This document shows positions 9,281 to 18,949 of a stretch of 64,000 bases of DNA, piece by piece. The position numbers and the translations under genes are program-made. The DNA comes from Anaerolineae bacterium (lineage in GTDB: Bacteria > Chloroflexota > Anaerolineae > Aggregatilineales > Phototrophicaceae): the NCBI GenBank assembly GCA_022824365.1, contig JAJEAA010000031.1:57104-121103 (forward strand). The letters are read 5' to 3'. Numbering within the stretch: position 1 is the stretch's first letter; every line of letters starts with the position of its first letter. The notes beneath the pieces are model-generated. The model had not been told where the DNA came from. It did not search any database and was given only the letters and a program-made list of their open reading frames with translations.

Positions 9281-10898
9281 TTAACTTCCCATCCGCATAC
9301 CATTGCCGCAGCGCTTTTTTATCCATCTTGCCGACGCCCGTCTTGGGGATTTCGTCGACGACCACATAGCGATCCGGCAGCCAGAACTTGGGAAAATGCT
9401 CCAGCAGATAATCGTTCAGCGCCCTCGGATCATAAGCGCCTTCGAGCGGGACCAGGATCGCCAGCGGTCGCTCGCCCCAGGTTTCATCCGGGATGGCGAT
9501 GACAGCCGCTTCCAGCACATCGGGATGCGAGATCAGCATATTCTCCATATCCACCGAGGAGATCCATTCGCCGCCGCTCTTGACCAGGTCCTTCGTGCGA
9601 TCGGTGATGGTCATGTAGCCGTTCGCGTCGATGGTGACGACATCGCCGGTGCGGAACCAGCCATCGGCGGTGAAGTGCTCCTGATCCTCTTCGAGCTTGA
9701 AGTATTGTCCGGCCACCCAATAGCCGCGCACTTGCAACTCGCCCATCGTTTCGCCGTCCCAGGGCAGTTCGCGCCCGTCATCATCGACGATGCGCGCGTC
9801 GACCCCGGGCACGAAGTAACCCTGCTTCGCCTTGATATCCCAGCGTCCTTCTTGGTCGAGGTCTTGATGCCGCGTCTGCAGCTTGGAAACGCTGCCGATG
9901 GGCGACATCTCGGTCATGCCCCAGGCATGCACGACATTGACATGGAAGTCCCGCTCATAAGCCTCGATCAAGCCGCGGGGCATGGCCGAACCGCCGACGA
10001 CAAGTTGCGTGATCGACGAGATATCGCGCGGATTCTGCCGCAGTTCGTGGTACAAGCCATTCCAGATGGTCGGCACGCCGGCGGCGATGCTGACGCGCTC
10101 GCTCTCGATCATTTCCGCCAGCGGCGCCGGTTTGAGGTGTGGACCGGGCATGATGATGGTCGAGCCGACCCAGGCGCAGGCATAGGGCAAGCCCCAGCAC
10201 ATGGCGTGGAATTGCGGCACGACGGCCAGGACGACGTCAGCTTCGGTGGGTCCCAGCGCAGCCGCCTGCAAGACGCCGAGCGTGTGCAGCATCATGGAGC
10301 GGTGGCTGTAGAGGACGCCCTTGGGCATGCCGGTCGTGCCGCTGGTGTAACACAAGCCCATCGCCATATTTTCATCGGCGCAGCGCCATTCGAAGTCGTC
10401 GCTGGCTGCCGCCATCAAGTCCTCATAGTAGGAGACATTCGGCAGCTTGACTTCTCGGCTCTTGTCCGCATTGAAGAGCACAAAATGTTCGACGGTATGC
10501 AATTGCGCCGCGATTGGCTCAATGAGCGGCAGGAGTGTGCCATCGACGAAGATGACCTTGTCTTCGCCATGGTCGATGATGAACTTGAGTTGCTCATGCG
10601 AGAGGCGGATGTTCAGCGTGTGGACGACGGCGCCGGCGCCGGGGATGCCGAAATAAAATTCGAGATGCTGATAGTTGTTCCAGGCGAAGGTGCCGACGCG
10701 GTCGCCAGACTCCACGCCCAGCGCAGCCAGCGCGTTGCCCAGCTTTTTGACGCGCCGGTAGAAATCAGCGTAACTGTATTCGTGCCAGCCGCCATCGGGC
10801 AGTTTGGTCTTGATCGTCTTCTGCGGGCTCATGCGCTTGGCATGTTCGACGATCGTGTCCAACGTCAGCGGATAATCCATCATGAGACCGTTTAGCAT
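9249..10898 (-). CDS. AMP-dependent acyl-CoA synthetase/ligase (long-chain fatty-acid-CoA ligase-like)
   Basis: 549 aa with [18 protein letters not shown] and KSGGEWIS adenylate-forming motifs. The last ~10 codons run into a REP element. Confidence 0.9.
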   Translation of the reverse strand: MLNGLMMDYPLTLDTIVEHAKRMSPQKTIKTKLPDGGWHEYSYADFYRRVKKLGNALAALGVESGDRVGTFAWNNYQHLEFYFGIPGAGAVVHTLNIRLSHEQLKFIIDHGEDKVIFVDGTLLPLIEPIAAQLHTVEHFVLFNADKSREVKLPNVSYYEDLMAAASDDFEWRCADENMAMGLCYTSGTTGMPKGVLYSHRSMMLHTLGVLQAAALGPTEADVVLAVVPQFHAMCWGLPYACAWVGSTIIMPGPHLKPAPLAEMIESERVSIAAGVPTIWNGLYHELRQNPRDISSITQLVVGGSAMPRGLIEAYERDFHVNVVHAWGMTEMSPIGSVSKLQTRHQDLDQEGRWDIKAKQGYFVPGVDARIVDDDGRELPWDGETMGELQVRGYWVAGQYFKLEEDQEHFTADGWFRTGDVVTIDANGYMTITDRTKDLVKSGGEWISSVDMENMLISHPDVLEAAVIAIPDETWGERPLAILVPLEGAYDPRALNDYLLEHFPKFWLPDRYVVVDEIPKTGVGKMDKKALRQWYADGKLTPIPRPLPPK

Positions 10899-10974
10899 AT
10901 ATGCGCTCCCCTTTCAGCTTCGAGACCTGCCCCGCGGCAATTGTCAGACATTATACGGGAGGCCGCGGCCGCTG

Positions 10975-11748
10975 TCATTCCGGCGTGACGTAGGCAGCGG
11001 TGATGCCGCCATCGACGAGGAACGCGCTGCCGGTGACAAAGGAAGATTCCTCCGAAGCCAGGTAGAGAGCGGCTTTGGCGATTTCACCCGCTTCGCCGAA
11101 GCGTCCCATGGGAATGTGGACCAGGCGGCGGCGTTTCTTCTCCTCGGTATTAAGATACTTCATCAGCAGTTCCGTGCGCAGCGGACCGGGGCAGAGAGCG
11201 TTGACGCGGATATTCTCTTGGGCGTGGATGACGGCGAGCTCGCGCGACATAGCCAGCACCGCGCCCTTGCTGGCTGTATAGGCGAGCTGGGGCGTGGCCG
11301 CGCCCAGAACAGCGACGAAGGAGGCTGTGTTGATGACGCTGCCGCCGCCGGCCCGCTGCAATGCCGGGATGCCGTATTTGCAGCCGAGGAAGACGCCCTT
11401 CACATTGACCGCCATGGTCATATCCCAGACGGCTTCGCTGGTGTTGACGGCGTCATCGTCGGCGGCGTGGCTGATGCCGGCGTTGTTGAAAAGGATGTCC
11501 AGCTTGCCATAGGTCGATTCGGCCGCGGCGATCATATTCTCGCAATCGGAAGCGCGGGCGACATCGGCATGGACATAGCTCGCCAAGCCGCCGGCCGCGT
11601 TGATCTCGGCGATGCAGGCGTCGCCGGCGTCGTCGTTGATGTCGACAGCGACGATAGCCGCGCCTTCACGGGCGAAAAGTTGCGCGGTCTCGAAGCCGAT
11701 GCCGCTGCCGGCGCCGGTGATGAGAGCTACTTTGTCTTTGAGTCGCAT
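10975..11748 (-). CDS. Short-chain dehydrogenase/reductase (FabG-like)
   Basis: 257 aa with TGAGSGIG cofactor motif, NNAG, and catalytic YTASK. Confidence 0.9.
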   Translation of the reverse strand: MRLKDKVALITGAGSGIGFETAQLFAREGAAIVAVDINDDAGDACIAEINAAGGLASYVHADVARASDCENMIAAAESTYGKLDILFNNAGISHAADDDAVNTSEAVWDMTMAVNVKGVFLGCKYGIPALQRAGGGSVINTASFVAVLGAATPQLAYTASKGAVLAMSRELAVIHAQENIRVNALCPGPLRTELLMKYLNTEEKKRRRLVHIPMGRFGEAGEIAKAALYLASEESSFVTGSAFLVDGGITAAYVTPE

Positions 11749-11887
11749 GAGGAATCCTTGACTGAATTCTGGTGGTCCAATAGCCGTTGTCTTAAGCGCT
11801 TAACAGTCGATGAGAAAACAATTGCATATTGGAAAATAGCCTTGCCGACCTGGCGTCCAACAGCCGCCTGAGCGCGAGTCATCGCGA

Positions 11888-12130
11888 TCAATCGAAGGCG
11901 TCTCTTGGCAATCCCGACTGACGGATGATTGAAGACAAAGTGCCCGGCCGCAATTCCTTGTGATTGGGCACGGGCACCGTTATCGTGGTTCGATCACCGT
12001 TTGGAAGCAGCAGCTTCTTCTGCATAACGATGTGACTGCCACGCCGCCTGACTTCTGAAAAGCCGTTCAAGATGAGAACACCACAGACTTCACGACCTGA
12101 CAGAACTCTGCGTCTAGGCACTACCAACAC
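11888..12130 (-). CDS. hicA: HicA-family toxin (mRNA interferase)
   Basis: 80-aa ORF with a GSHIVMQK core and C-terminal LRPGTLSSIIRQSGL, typical of HicA. Overlaps the stop of the upstream hicB-like gene. Exact start uncertain. Confidence 0.75.
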   Translation of the reverse strand: MLVVPRRRVLSGREVCGVLILNGFSEVRRRGSHIVMQKKLLLPNGDRTTITVPVPNHKELRPGTLSSIIRQSGLPRDAFD

Positions 12131-12332
12131 TCAATTGTTCAATTTGACCACAACTTTCCAGGCGACTCTGGATTTCGTCTGGAGATGCGACTTCCAGGAA
12201 GAGGGACACGGCCTCTCTAATATTCTCTATAGCTTCAGTGCGGGTGCGTCCTTGACTCGCAATATCGTAGTCCAGACATTGCGAAACATAACTATCTTCA
12301 TCCTTTATGATTCGTACCGTGATCATCGCCAT
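12114..12332 (-). CDS. hicB: HicB-family antitoxin (UPF0150-like)
   Basis: 72 aa from ATG 12332 (MAMITVRII). YVSQCLDYDIASQGRTRTEAIENIREAVSLFLE matches the HicB N-terminal fold pattern. Sits directly upstream of hicA. Confidence 0.7.
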   Translation of the reverse strand: MAMITVRIIKDEDSYVSQCLDYDIASQGRTRTEAIENIREAVSLFLEVASPDEIQSRLESCGQIEQLSVGSA

Positions 12333-12519
12333 CGCTTCACTCCAAGGACTCGCCTGAAGAATGCCTTGCCTCGCAACGCTCGTTAACAGCGCCAGGCGCT
12401 TACAATGCAGATTATATCTCTGAAATCGCACATTGCCAAAAGCGGCGAAGTTCACGTCCGGCAACTGCGAGCCGCAAAACACCCGCCCCTACGCCGACGT
12501 TGAGCGCAAAGATCCATGA

Positions 12520-13899
12520 TCAAATCCGCTCGAAGTAACGCGCTCGCTCCCAGTCGGTGACGGCGCCGCGGAAACTTTCGCTCTCCAGCCGGAAGAAATG
12601 ACTGTAATGCTCGACGACATCGACGCCGAAGGTTTCACGCGTGAAGTCGCTGCTCTCGAAGTTATCGGTCGCGCCCTCCAAAGTGTAGGGCACACGCGGC
12701 AGATGGCAGGCGGCATAGATATCGCCTTCGAAGATAGCGGGCGGCTCAATTTTATTGCGGATGCCATTTAAGCCCGAGGCCAGCGCGGCGGCATAAGCCA
12801 GATAAGGATTGCAATCGGCGCCGGGGACGCGGCATTCGATGCGCAAGCTGCTGCCCTGCCCCACGACGCGGAAGCCGGCGGTGCGATTGTCGTAGCTCCA
12901 GGCGATGCGCGTCGGCGCCCAGGAGCCGTCTTCATAACGTTTGTAGGAATTGATCGTCGGCGCGTAGAAGACCATCAACTCCGGCAAATGCGCCATCCAG
13001 CCGCCGAGGAAATAGCGAAAGATATCGGAGCCGGCGACCGGTCCCAGTGCCTGATCTCCGGCGAAGGCGTTGTCCGCGCCCTTGAACAGACTGAGATGAA
13101 TGTGACAACTCGAGCCGGCTTGCCCGGCATAAGGCTTCGCCATGAAGGTGACGCTGCCGCCCTGCCCATCGGCAATCTCCTTGAGGCAGTGCTTCATCAG
13201 CGAGTGACGGTCGGCCATGCTCAGCAGATCGGCGTAACGGATGTTGATTTCGTGCTGGCCCAAGCCCCATTCGCCCTTGCTGCTCTCGACCGGAATGCCG
13301 GAATGCTTGAGATGGCGGCGGGCGGCGGCGGTGAAACTCTCTTCCCGCGTCCCTTGCAATAGATGGTAATCTTCCAGATACCAGCCCATCGGCTCAAGAT
13401 CGGCATAACCCCGCGCCTGCGCTTCGCGGTAAGAATCGCGATAGATATAATATTCCAATTCCGAAGCCGCATAGACCTTATAACCCAGGCCAGCCGCCGC
13501 TTGAAGTTGACGGCGCAGGATGGCGCGCGGCGATACCGAGACCGGCTCGTGCGGCCTTTCGTTCTCGACATCGCAAAGCACAATCGCGGTTTTCTTCAGC
13601 CAGCTTGCCTGCCGCAGCGTATTCAGATCGGGCGCGAGATGAAAATCGCCATAACCCAGCTCCCAATTGGCGAAGTCATATCCGGGCGCCGGTTCCATTT
13701 CCATATCGGTGGTCAGCAGGTAGTTGCAGGCATGTGTGCCTTGCTGCGCCGCCTCCGCCAGGAAGAAGTCGGCATCGAGGCGCTTGCCCAGCAGCCGCCC
13801 GTAATGATCGCAGAAGGCGATGATAACAGTTTCGATTTCGTCCCCATCCACCAGGCTCTTAAGCTCATCCAGGCTCAATATCCCCCGTGACTCCTTCAT
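12520..13899 (-). CDS. Glutamine synthetase family protein (gamma-glutamyl-amine synthetase-like)
   Basis: 459 aa with GS catalytic-domain patterns (GSSCHIHLSL, SYKRY, NPYLAYAA). Confidence 0.85.
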   Translation of the reverse strand: MKESRGILSLDELKSLVDGDEIETVIIAFCDHYGRLLGKRLDADFFLAEAAQQGTHACNYLLTTDMEMEPAPGYDFANWELGYGDFHLAPDLNTLRQASWLKKTAIVLCDVENERPHEPVSVSPRAILRRQLQAAAGLGYKVYAASELEYYIYRDSYREAQARGYADLEPMGWYLEDYHLLQGTREESFTAAARRHLKHSGIPVESSKGEWGLGQHEINIRYADLLSMADRHSLMKHCLKEIADGQGGSVTFMAKPYAGQAGSSCHIHLSLFKGADNAFAGDQALGPVAGSDIFRYFLGGWMAHLPELMVFYAPTINSYKRYEDGSWAPTRIAWSYDNRTAGFRVVGQGSSLRIECRVPGADCNPYLAYAAALASGLNGIRNKIEPPAIFEGDIYAACHLPRVPYTLEGATDNFESSDFTRETFGVDVVEHYSHFFRLESESFRGAVTDWERARYFERI

Positions 13900-13906
13900 C
13901 GCTCCC

Positions 13907-15070
13907 TCACTCGCGCAGGCCGAAGAGACCCGCCGCCTTCGTCTTGCTTTCCGCCCATGCCTTCAGATCGACCATGCCGTCAATGCCTTTGCGATAGACC
14001 GGACTCGCCTCGTCCAGCGGCAGGCTGACGACCCGACCGGTCACAGCCGAGGCGTATGCGCCGAGCACGATCTGCAGGGCGCGAGCGCCAGCGGCGGCCG
14101 GGGCGATAGGCTCCCGGTCATGGCGGATGGCATCGCGGAAATCGGCCCAAAGCTCAATGAAAGAGCGGGCGGTATTGTCCAGGTGTTCCTCGAGATTGGC
14201 GATGGCGTGGTCAGTCCGCTGCCAGTCGCTGTCGATGCTGTAAAGCTCAATCGGCTGATTGAAGCCGCCCGACTGATACTGCTTGTAGCGCATGCGGATC
14301 TGCCCCTCGCTACCGCTGATATCAGCGCCGCCGACGCCTTCGCCCCAGCCCATGTGGATGACGGCATAAGCGCTCGGGAAGGCGACTTGCAACAGAGCCA
14401 GGTCCTCGATGACGGGCCCCCGCTGAGCGTATTCCGGCGCGTCCACAAACGCCATGACCTGCTGCGCCTCCGCCCCGACCAGCCACTCAGCCAGATAGAC
14501 CGCATGGATCATGTCCATCAGCACGCCGCCGCCGGCCGCCATCGTATGCCGCCAATCAGCTTGATATTCGGCCGCGCCGGGATAATCGATGACGCCCAGA
14601 AAATGCAGCGTGGCGACGCGGATATCGCCGATCGCGCCCGCAGCCAGCAGTTGCTTGATCTGGCGATATTCGGGCAGGAAATGATAATTGTGCACCATCG
14701 CCATCTTCAGGTCCGCCTCAGCCGCGGCGCGCGCAAGTTGGTCGGCGACAGCGGGGACATTGCTGATCGGCTTTTCGCTGAGCACATGCTTGCCAGCCGC
14801 GAAGGCATCCAGCACGATCGGCGGGCGGAACTTCTGCGGCACGGCGATGACCACCGCCTCAATCTCGTCGATGGCCAGCAGATCGCGATAATCGGCGTAG
14901 AGCTGCCCGTCATCGAGATTGAACCAGTCTGCCCCGATAGCGCGGCGGGCGGGGGTGATATCGGCCAGAGCGACCAGTTCGACATCCGGCAGCGTGGTCA
15001 GCGCCGGACGATGCCCATAATTGACGACATTGCCGCAGCCGATGAGACCGACTTTGAGTGTGTTGCTCAT
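13907..15070 (-). CDS. Gfo/Idh/MocA family oxidoreductase
   Basis: 387 aa. N-terminal Rossmann motif VGLIGCGNV. Family-typical EKP segment (LSEKPIS). Confidence 0.85.
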   Translation of the reverse strand: MSNTLKVGLIGCGNVVNYGHRPALTTLPDVELVALADITPARRAIGADWFNLDDGQLYADYRDLLAIDEIEAVVIAVPQKFRPPIVLDAFAAGKHVLSEKPISNVPAVADQLARAAAEADLKMAMVHNYHFLPEYRQIKQLLAAGAIGDIRVATLHFLGVIDYPGAAEYQADWRHTMAAGGGVLMDMIHAVYLAEWLVGAEAQQVMAFVDAPEYAQRGPVIEDLALLQVAFPSAYAVIHMGWGEGVGGADISGSEGQIRMRYKQYQSGGFNQPIELYSIDSDWQRTDHAIANLEEHLDNTARSFIELWADFRDAIRHDREPIAPAAAGARALQIVLGAYASAVTGRVVSLPLDEASPVYRKGIDGMVDLKAWAESKTKAAGLFGLRE

Positions 15071-15100
15071 CTCGCTCCTTTCAAAACCTGGCGGAGAGAA

Positions 15101-15946
15101 TCACCAATCCTCCAAACCCAGCAGCTTCTCGCCCAGCGGCGTCAGTTCGGCGGTGACGCCATGCTCGATTTCCCAACGCCGCGGATCGCCCGGAAAAGCC
15201 GGACCGACGCGCGGAGTACGATCGCGCCAGGAGTTGACGCGCTCCTGTCGTAATGCTTCGTCCTCCGGCGTCGGGAACATCGAAATGTATTGCGCCAGCC
15301 GCGGCTTGTCCGAGCTGTTGCGGCTCGTGCCATGCGGCAGCATGCTATTCCAAATGACGAGATCCCCCGCCTTCATCTCCACCCCGACTAATTCGTATCC
15401 GCTGATATCAGGCTTCCAGGGGTCGCGATCGGGCGGCTGCGTCTTGACCCATTCCTCGAACTCGCGATGGAAACCGGGTACTACCTGCAAGCCGCCCTCG
15501 CCCGCCTTCACATCGACCAGCGCCAGCACGCCTTGCACGCCGACCGGCAGCGGACGCAGCGACGTGTCAATATCCCAATGGACGAATCCCTGGAAATCCC
15601 AATCCATCCGCGCCGGCGGATTGAGGTTGACCCGGTCGATGGTCACCCAGAGCTTTTCCGTCTCCCAAATATCGACGAAAGCGCCGTAGACGCGCGGGTT
15701 CTGCCGGTTATCCCAGAGCGACTGATGATGATAAAGCTCGACCATGCCCGAGCGGCTCAACTCCACCATGCCGAATTCGCCCTGTGGCGCATGATACCAG
15801 GTCTCGGGATCGTCCCGATCCATCTCCAGAAACCGCCAGATCGTATCGACGACCGCATCAATGTTTTCTCGCGGCGCGGCCTCCCGCACGATGACGTAGC
15901 CATTTTCGCGCCAGAAATTCATATCGGCTTGGGAAAGCGCGCGCAT
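15101..15946 (-). CDS. Phytanoyl-CoA dioxygenase (PhyH) family Fe(II)/2-oxoglutarate oxygenase
   Basis: 281 aa with N-terminal NGYVIVREA, HWDID (His-x-Asp) and distal LPHGTSRN. Confidence 0.8.
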   Translation of the reverse strand: MRALSQADMNFWRENGYVIVREAAPRENIDAVVDTIWRFLEMDRDDPETWYHAPQGEFGMVELSRSGMVELYHHQSLWDNRQNPRVYGAFVDIWETEKLWVTIDRVNLNPPARMDWDFQGFVHWDIDTSLRPLPVGVQGVLALVDVKAGEGGLQVVPGFHREFEEWVKTQPPDRDPWKPDISGYELVGVEMKAGDLVIWNSMLPHGTSRNSSDKPRLAQYISMFPTPEDEALRQERVNSWRDRTPRVGPAFPGDPRRWEIEHGVTAELTPLGEKLLGLEDW

Positions 15947-16192
15947 GAGTTTTCCTCCCGGCTGCCTGTTGTGAGGGACTTTCGCCAGTGAGTATAAACC
16001 TTATGCCCGGATTTTGCTTGACAAGGTTTGCGGCGCGGAGCCTCAGGAATTGGTTGTGGCCCGCGCCAAGTTGCGTTACAGTATTCGTCGCCATACAGGA
16101 AGAAATGCGCAACCAGAGAAAAGGAGGCTGAATAGAAGGGGTGCGCATAAAAACTTATAGCAATTCTCTACAAGTTTACCGGGAGAAAGACA

Positions 16193-17812
16193 ATGTTTCG
16201 CATCAAGCTTGTTCATGTAACGTTCATTCTTGCCCTGCTTGCCGCGCTTGTGGCTGGCGCCGCCAGCGCCCAGGAACCCAGGGACGGCGGCATACTCAAC
16301 TATGCATATAGCCAGACACCTCGCAGCATGGATCCGCTGAACGGCGTCCAGGGCGTTCAATCGGATATTATGCGCTTCATATACAACACGCTGCTCGCTT
16401 ACGACATCGGCTTCTTTGTCGACCCAATTCCGGTATTGGCGAATTCCTGGGAAGTTTCGGAAGATGCCCAGACCTTCACCTTCCACCTGCGCGATGATGT
16501 CGTCTGGCACGATGGCGAGCCCTTCACCGCTGATGATGTCGTGTTTACCTTGACCATCGCCGTCCACCCCGACAATACGACCTTCTGGGGCAATTCCCTG
16601 CAAGACCTTGCCGGGCTTGAGGACTTTGTCGCGGGAGACGCCGATAACATTGCCGGCCTGCAAGCGATCGATGACCATACGGTCAGCATCAGCGTGAACC
16701 AGGCGGCCGTCACCCTGCTCGATACCTTGAGCTACATCAGCATATTGCCGGAGCATGTCTTGGGCGATGTGGCCTATGCCGATCTTTCAGGCCATAAATT
16801 CTTCACCGAGAGCCCGATTGGCACAGGTCCATTCAAAGTGGCGGAAGCAAATCTCGACCAACTCATTCGCTTTGAGCGCAACGAGAATTACTTCCGGGGC
16901 GCGCCGCACATTGAAGGCATCAATATGTTCTTCCCCGATAGCTCCACAGTACCGGCCGGTTTGGAAACCGGTGACATCGACATGACGCAGCATGTCGGCG
17001 CTGACGATCTGCCGCGCTTCCTCGATAACCCGGACTTCCAGATCTTCTGGCAGAAGAGCAACGTATTCTGCAACGTATCCGCCAATACGACCCGCATTCC
17101 CAAGAAGGTGCGTCAAGCCATCTCCTTCGCCATCGACCGTCAGACAATTACCGATGAGCTCTTCCTGGGAAGTCAACTGGCGGAGCCCTTCTATCACCAT
17201 TTGGGTCAGGAATTTCTCAAGCCGAATCCGCATGAACTGGATTATTCCTTCAATCCGGACAAGGCGCGCGAACTAATCGCGGAAGCGATTGCCGACGGCG
17301 ATTGGGAGGCCGATCGCGTCATCGATTACGTCTTTGGCGGCGAGGAGCCAGCCAACGATCTGCTGTTCATCGTGCAGTTCCTGACGGATGTCGGTTTCAA
17401 TATTGAACTGCGTGGCGCGGGTGATCGCACGAATTACAACGATGTCGTGCTGACGCAGATGGACTTCGATCTGGTAGCGATCTGCAATGCCTTTGGACCG
17501 GATCCGGATTCGGTAACGATCTATTACAAATCCGGTTATACGCTAGCCGAGGGCGGCTTCAATTTCACGCAGCTCAGCCATGAGCGCGTCGATGAAATCT
17601 TGGCGCAAGGGCGTATCGAGCCGGATCGCGACACGCGCATCGCGCTTTATCAAGAACTTCAGGGCATCCTGGATGACGAGGCGGCGATGATCCCGATCCG
17701 TTTGGGCAATCGCGCCTGGGTCTTGACGTCCAAGCTCCGCAATGCGACGCCGCAGTATTTCGGCCACTTGCCGAATTACAACGCGATCGAGACCTGGTGG
17801 CTGGCGGAATAG
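16193..17812 (+). CDS. ABC transporter substrate-binding protein, family 5 (peptide/nickel type)
   Basis: 539 aa. Signal peptide ending AGAASAQE. Family-5 SBP length and composition. Followed by DppB/DppC-like permeases. Confidence 0.85.
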   Translation: MFRIKLVHVTFILALLAALVAGAASAQEPRDGGILNYAYSQTPRSMDPLNGVQGVQSDIMRFIYNTLLAYDIGFFVDPIPVLANSWEVSEDAQTFTFHLRDDVVWHDGEPFTADDVVFTLTIAVHPDNTTFWGNSLQDLAGLEDFVAGDADNIAGLQAIDDHTVSISVNQAAVTLLDTLSYISILPEHVLGDVAYADLSGHKFFTESPIGTGPFKVAEANLDQLIRFERNENYFRGAPHIEGINMFFPDSSTVPAGLETGDIDMTQHVGADDLPRFLDNPDFQIFWQKSNVFCNVSANTTRIPKKVRQAISFAIDRQTITDELFLGSQLAEPFYHHLGQEFLKPNPHELDYSFNPDKARELIAEAIADGDWEADRVIDYVFGGEEPANDLLFIVQFLTDVGFNIELRGAGDRTNYNDVVLTQMDFDLVAICNAFGPDPDSVTIYYKSGYTLAEGGFNFTQLSHERVDEILAQGRIEPDRDTRIALYQELQGILDDEAAMIPIRLGNRAWVLTSKLRNATPQYFGHLPNYNAIETWWLAE

Positions 17813-17973
17813 AGCGCTAAGGGCCAATCGCGAAAGAGCCATCCTGGGACCAAATTCGGGCTGGCTCTTTAACTTGCCTTGCGCGCCTCCGGCACAAGGT
17901 TGATGGCGAACGCGACGCGCGCTTGGACAGTATGTCGAATCCCTTGCGTGATCAAAAATAGCAGCAAGCGACA

Positions 17974-18936
17974 ATGTCGAAATACATTATTCGCCGACTC
18001 GTTCTAGCGATTCCGATTCTATTCGGAATCACGTTGATCGACTTCATGCTCATCAACCTGGCTCCTGGCGATCCCATCATTGCCATGATTGACCCAGCGG
18101 CGCCAATCGCCCCCGGCGAGCTTGAAGTCTTGCGCGAGAATCTTGGTTTGAATCAGCCATTTTTTGTGCGCTATGTCATCTGGCTGCGAGAGGCTATGCA
18201 AGGCAATATGGGTTATTCTTTTGTGCATAGTGTGCCGGTGATGCAGCGCATCCAAGAGCGGCTGGGTCCCACGCTCATATTGACCGTGTCCTCCTTGGCG
18301 ATATCGGTTCTTATCGGCATCCCTTTGGGTTTGATTTCGGCATTGAAGCAGTATTCGAAGCTGGATTACGCCCTCACTTTAGGTGCCTTCGCCGGCATTT
18401 CGGTACCGAATTTTTTCCTAGCGTTGGCCGGTATTTATGTCTTTGCGCTAAAGCTGGATATTTTGCCGCCTTTTGGCATGGTCAGCCTGCGCTCGGAATT
18501 GCCTTATACATTGGATCTGTTGCATCATTTGCTATTGCCGGCGACCGTGCTCGGCTTCGCCAACATGGCTTCATTGATGCGCTTCGCCCGCACGAGTTTG
18601 CTCGAAGTGCTAGATCAGGATTACGTGACGACGGCGCGAGCCAAGGGTTTGCAGCAGCGGCGGATCTTGTCGGTTCATGCGCTGCGGAACGCGCTCATTC
18701 CGTTGATCACGGTGCTTGGCTTGCGATTGCCCGGCTTATTTGGCGGCTCCGTCATCATCGAAACGATCTTCAATTGGCCCGGTATAGGCAAGCTGGCGAT
18801 CGACTCCATAACCGACCGCGATTACCCGCAAATCATGAGTCTACTGCTCATCACCGCGATACTGGTGTTGGCGGCAAACCTGATCACCGATATTTTCTAC
18901 GCCTATGCTGATCCGCGGATTCGCTATGCCGAATGA
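17974..18936 (+). CDS. ABC transporter permease, DppB/OppB-like
   Basis: 320 aa multi-TM protein ending ITDIFYAYADPRIRY, as in DppB-type permeases. Confidence 0.9.
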   Translation: MSKYIIRRLVLAIPILFGITLIDFMLINLAPGDPIIAMIDPAAPIAPGELEVLRENLGLNQPFFVRYVIWLREAMQGNMGYSFVHSVPVMQRIQERLGPTLILTVSSLAISVLIGIPLGLISALKQYSKLDYALTLGAFAGISVPNFFLALAGIYVFALKLDILPPFGMVSLRSELPYTLDLLHHLLLPATVLGFANMASLMRFARTSLLEVLDQDYVTTARAKGLQQRRILSVHALRNALIPLITVLGLRLPGLFGGSVIIETIFNWPGIGKLAIDSITDRDYPQIMSLLLITAILVLAANLITDIFYAYADPRIRYAE

Positions 18937-18949
18937 GACTTTGTGAGAA

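Noticed and set aside
7941-9284. 447-aa plus-strand ORF
   Set aside because: It is antisense to the enolase-family gene. It is Arg/Ala/Pro-rich with no motifs, the typical high-GC antisense artefact. The minus-strand product has clear family motifs.
9303-10895. 530-aa plus-strand ORF
   Set aside because: It is the mirror image of the acyl-CoA synthetase gene, whose AMP-binding motifs identify the real strand.
13820-15253. 477-aa plus-strand ORF, plus similar long antisense ORFs at 20335-21555, 22994-24202, 26410-27324, 28277-29332, 42279-43307, 47501-48925, 55865-56824, 60070-60981 and 63269-63799
   Set aside because: Each lies opposite a gene with strong family motifs. Each has low-complexity R/A/G/D-rich translations and lacks start-site signals. 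These are the GC-rich antisense open frames one expects by chance.
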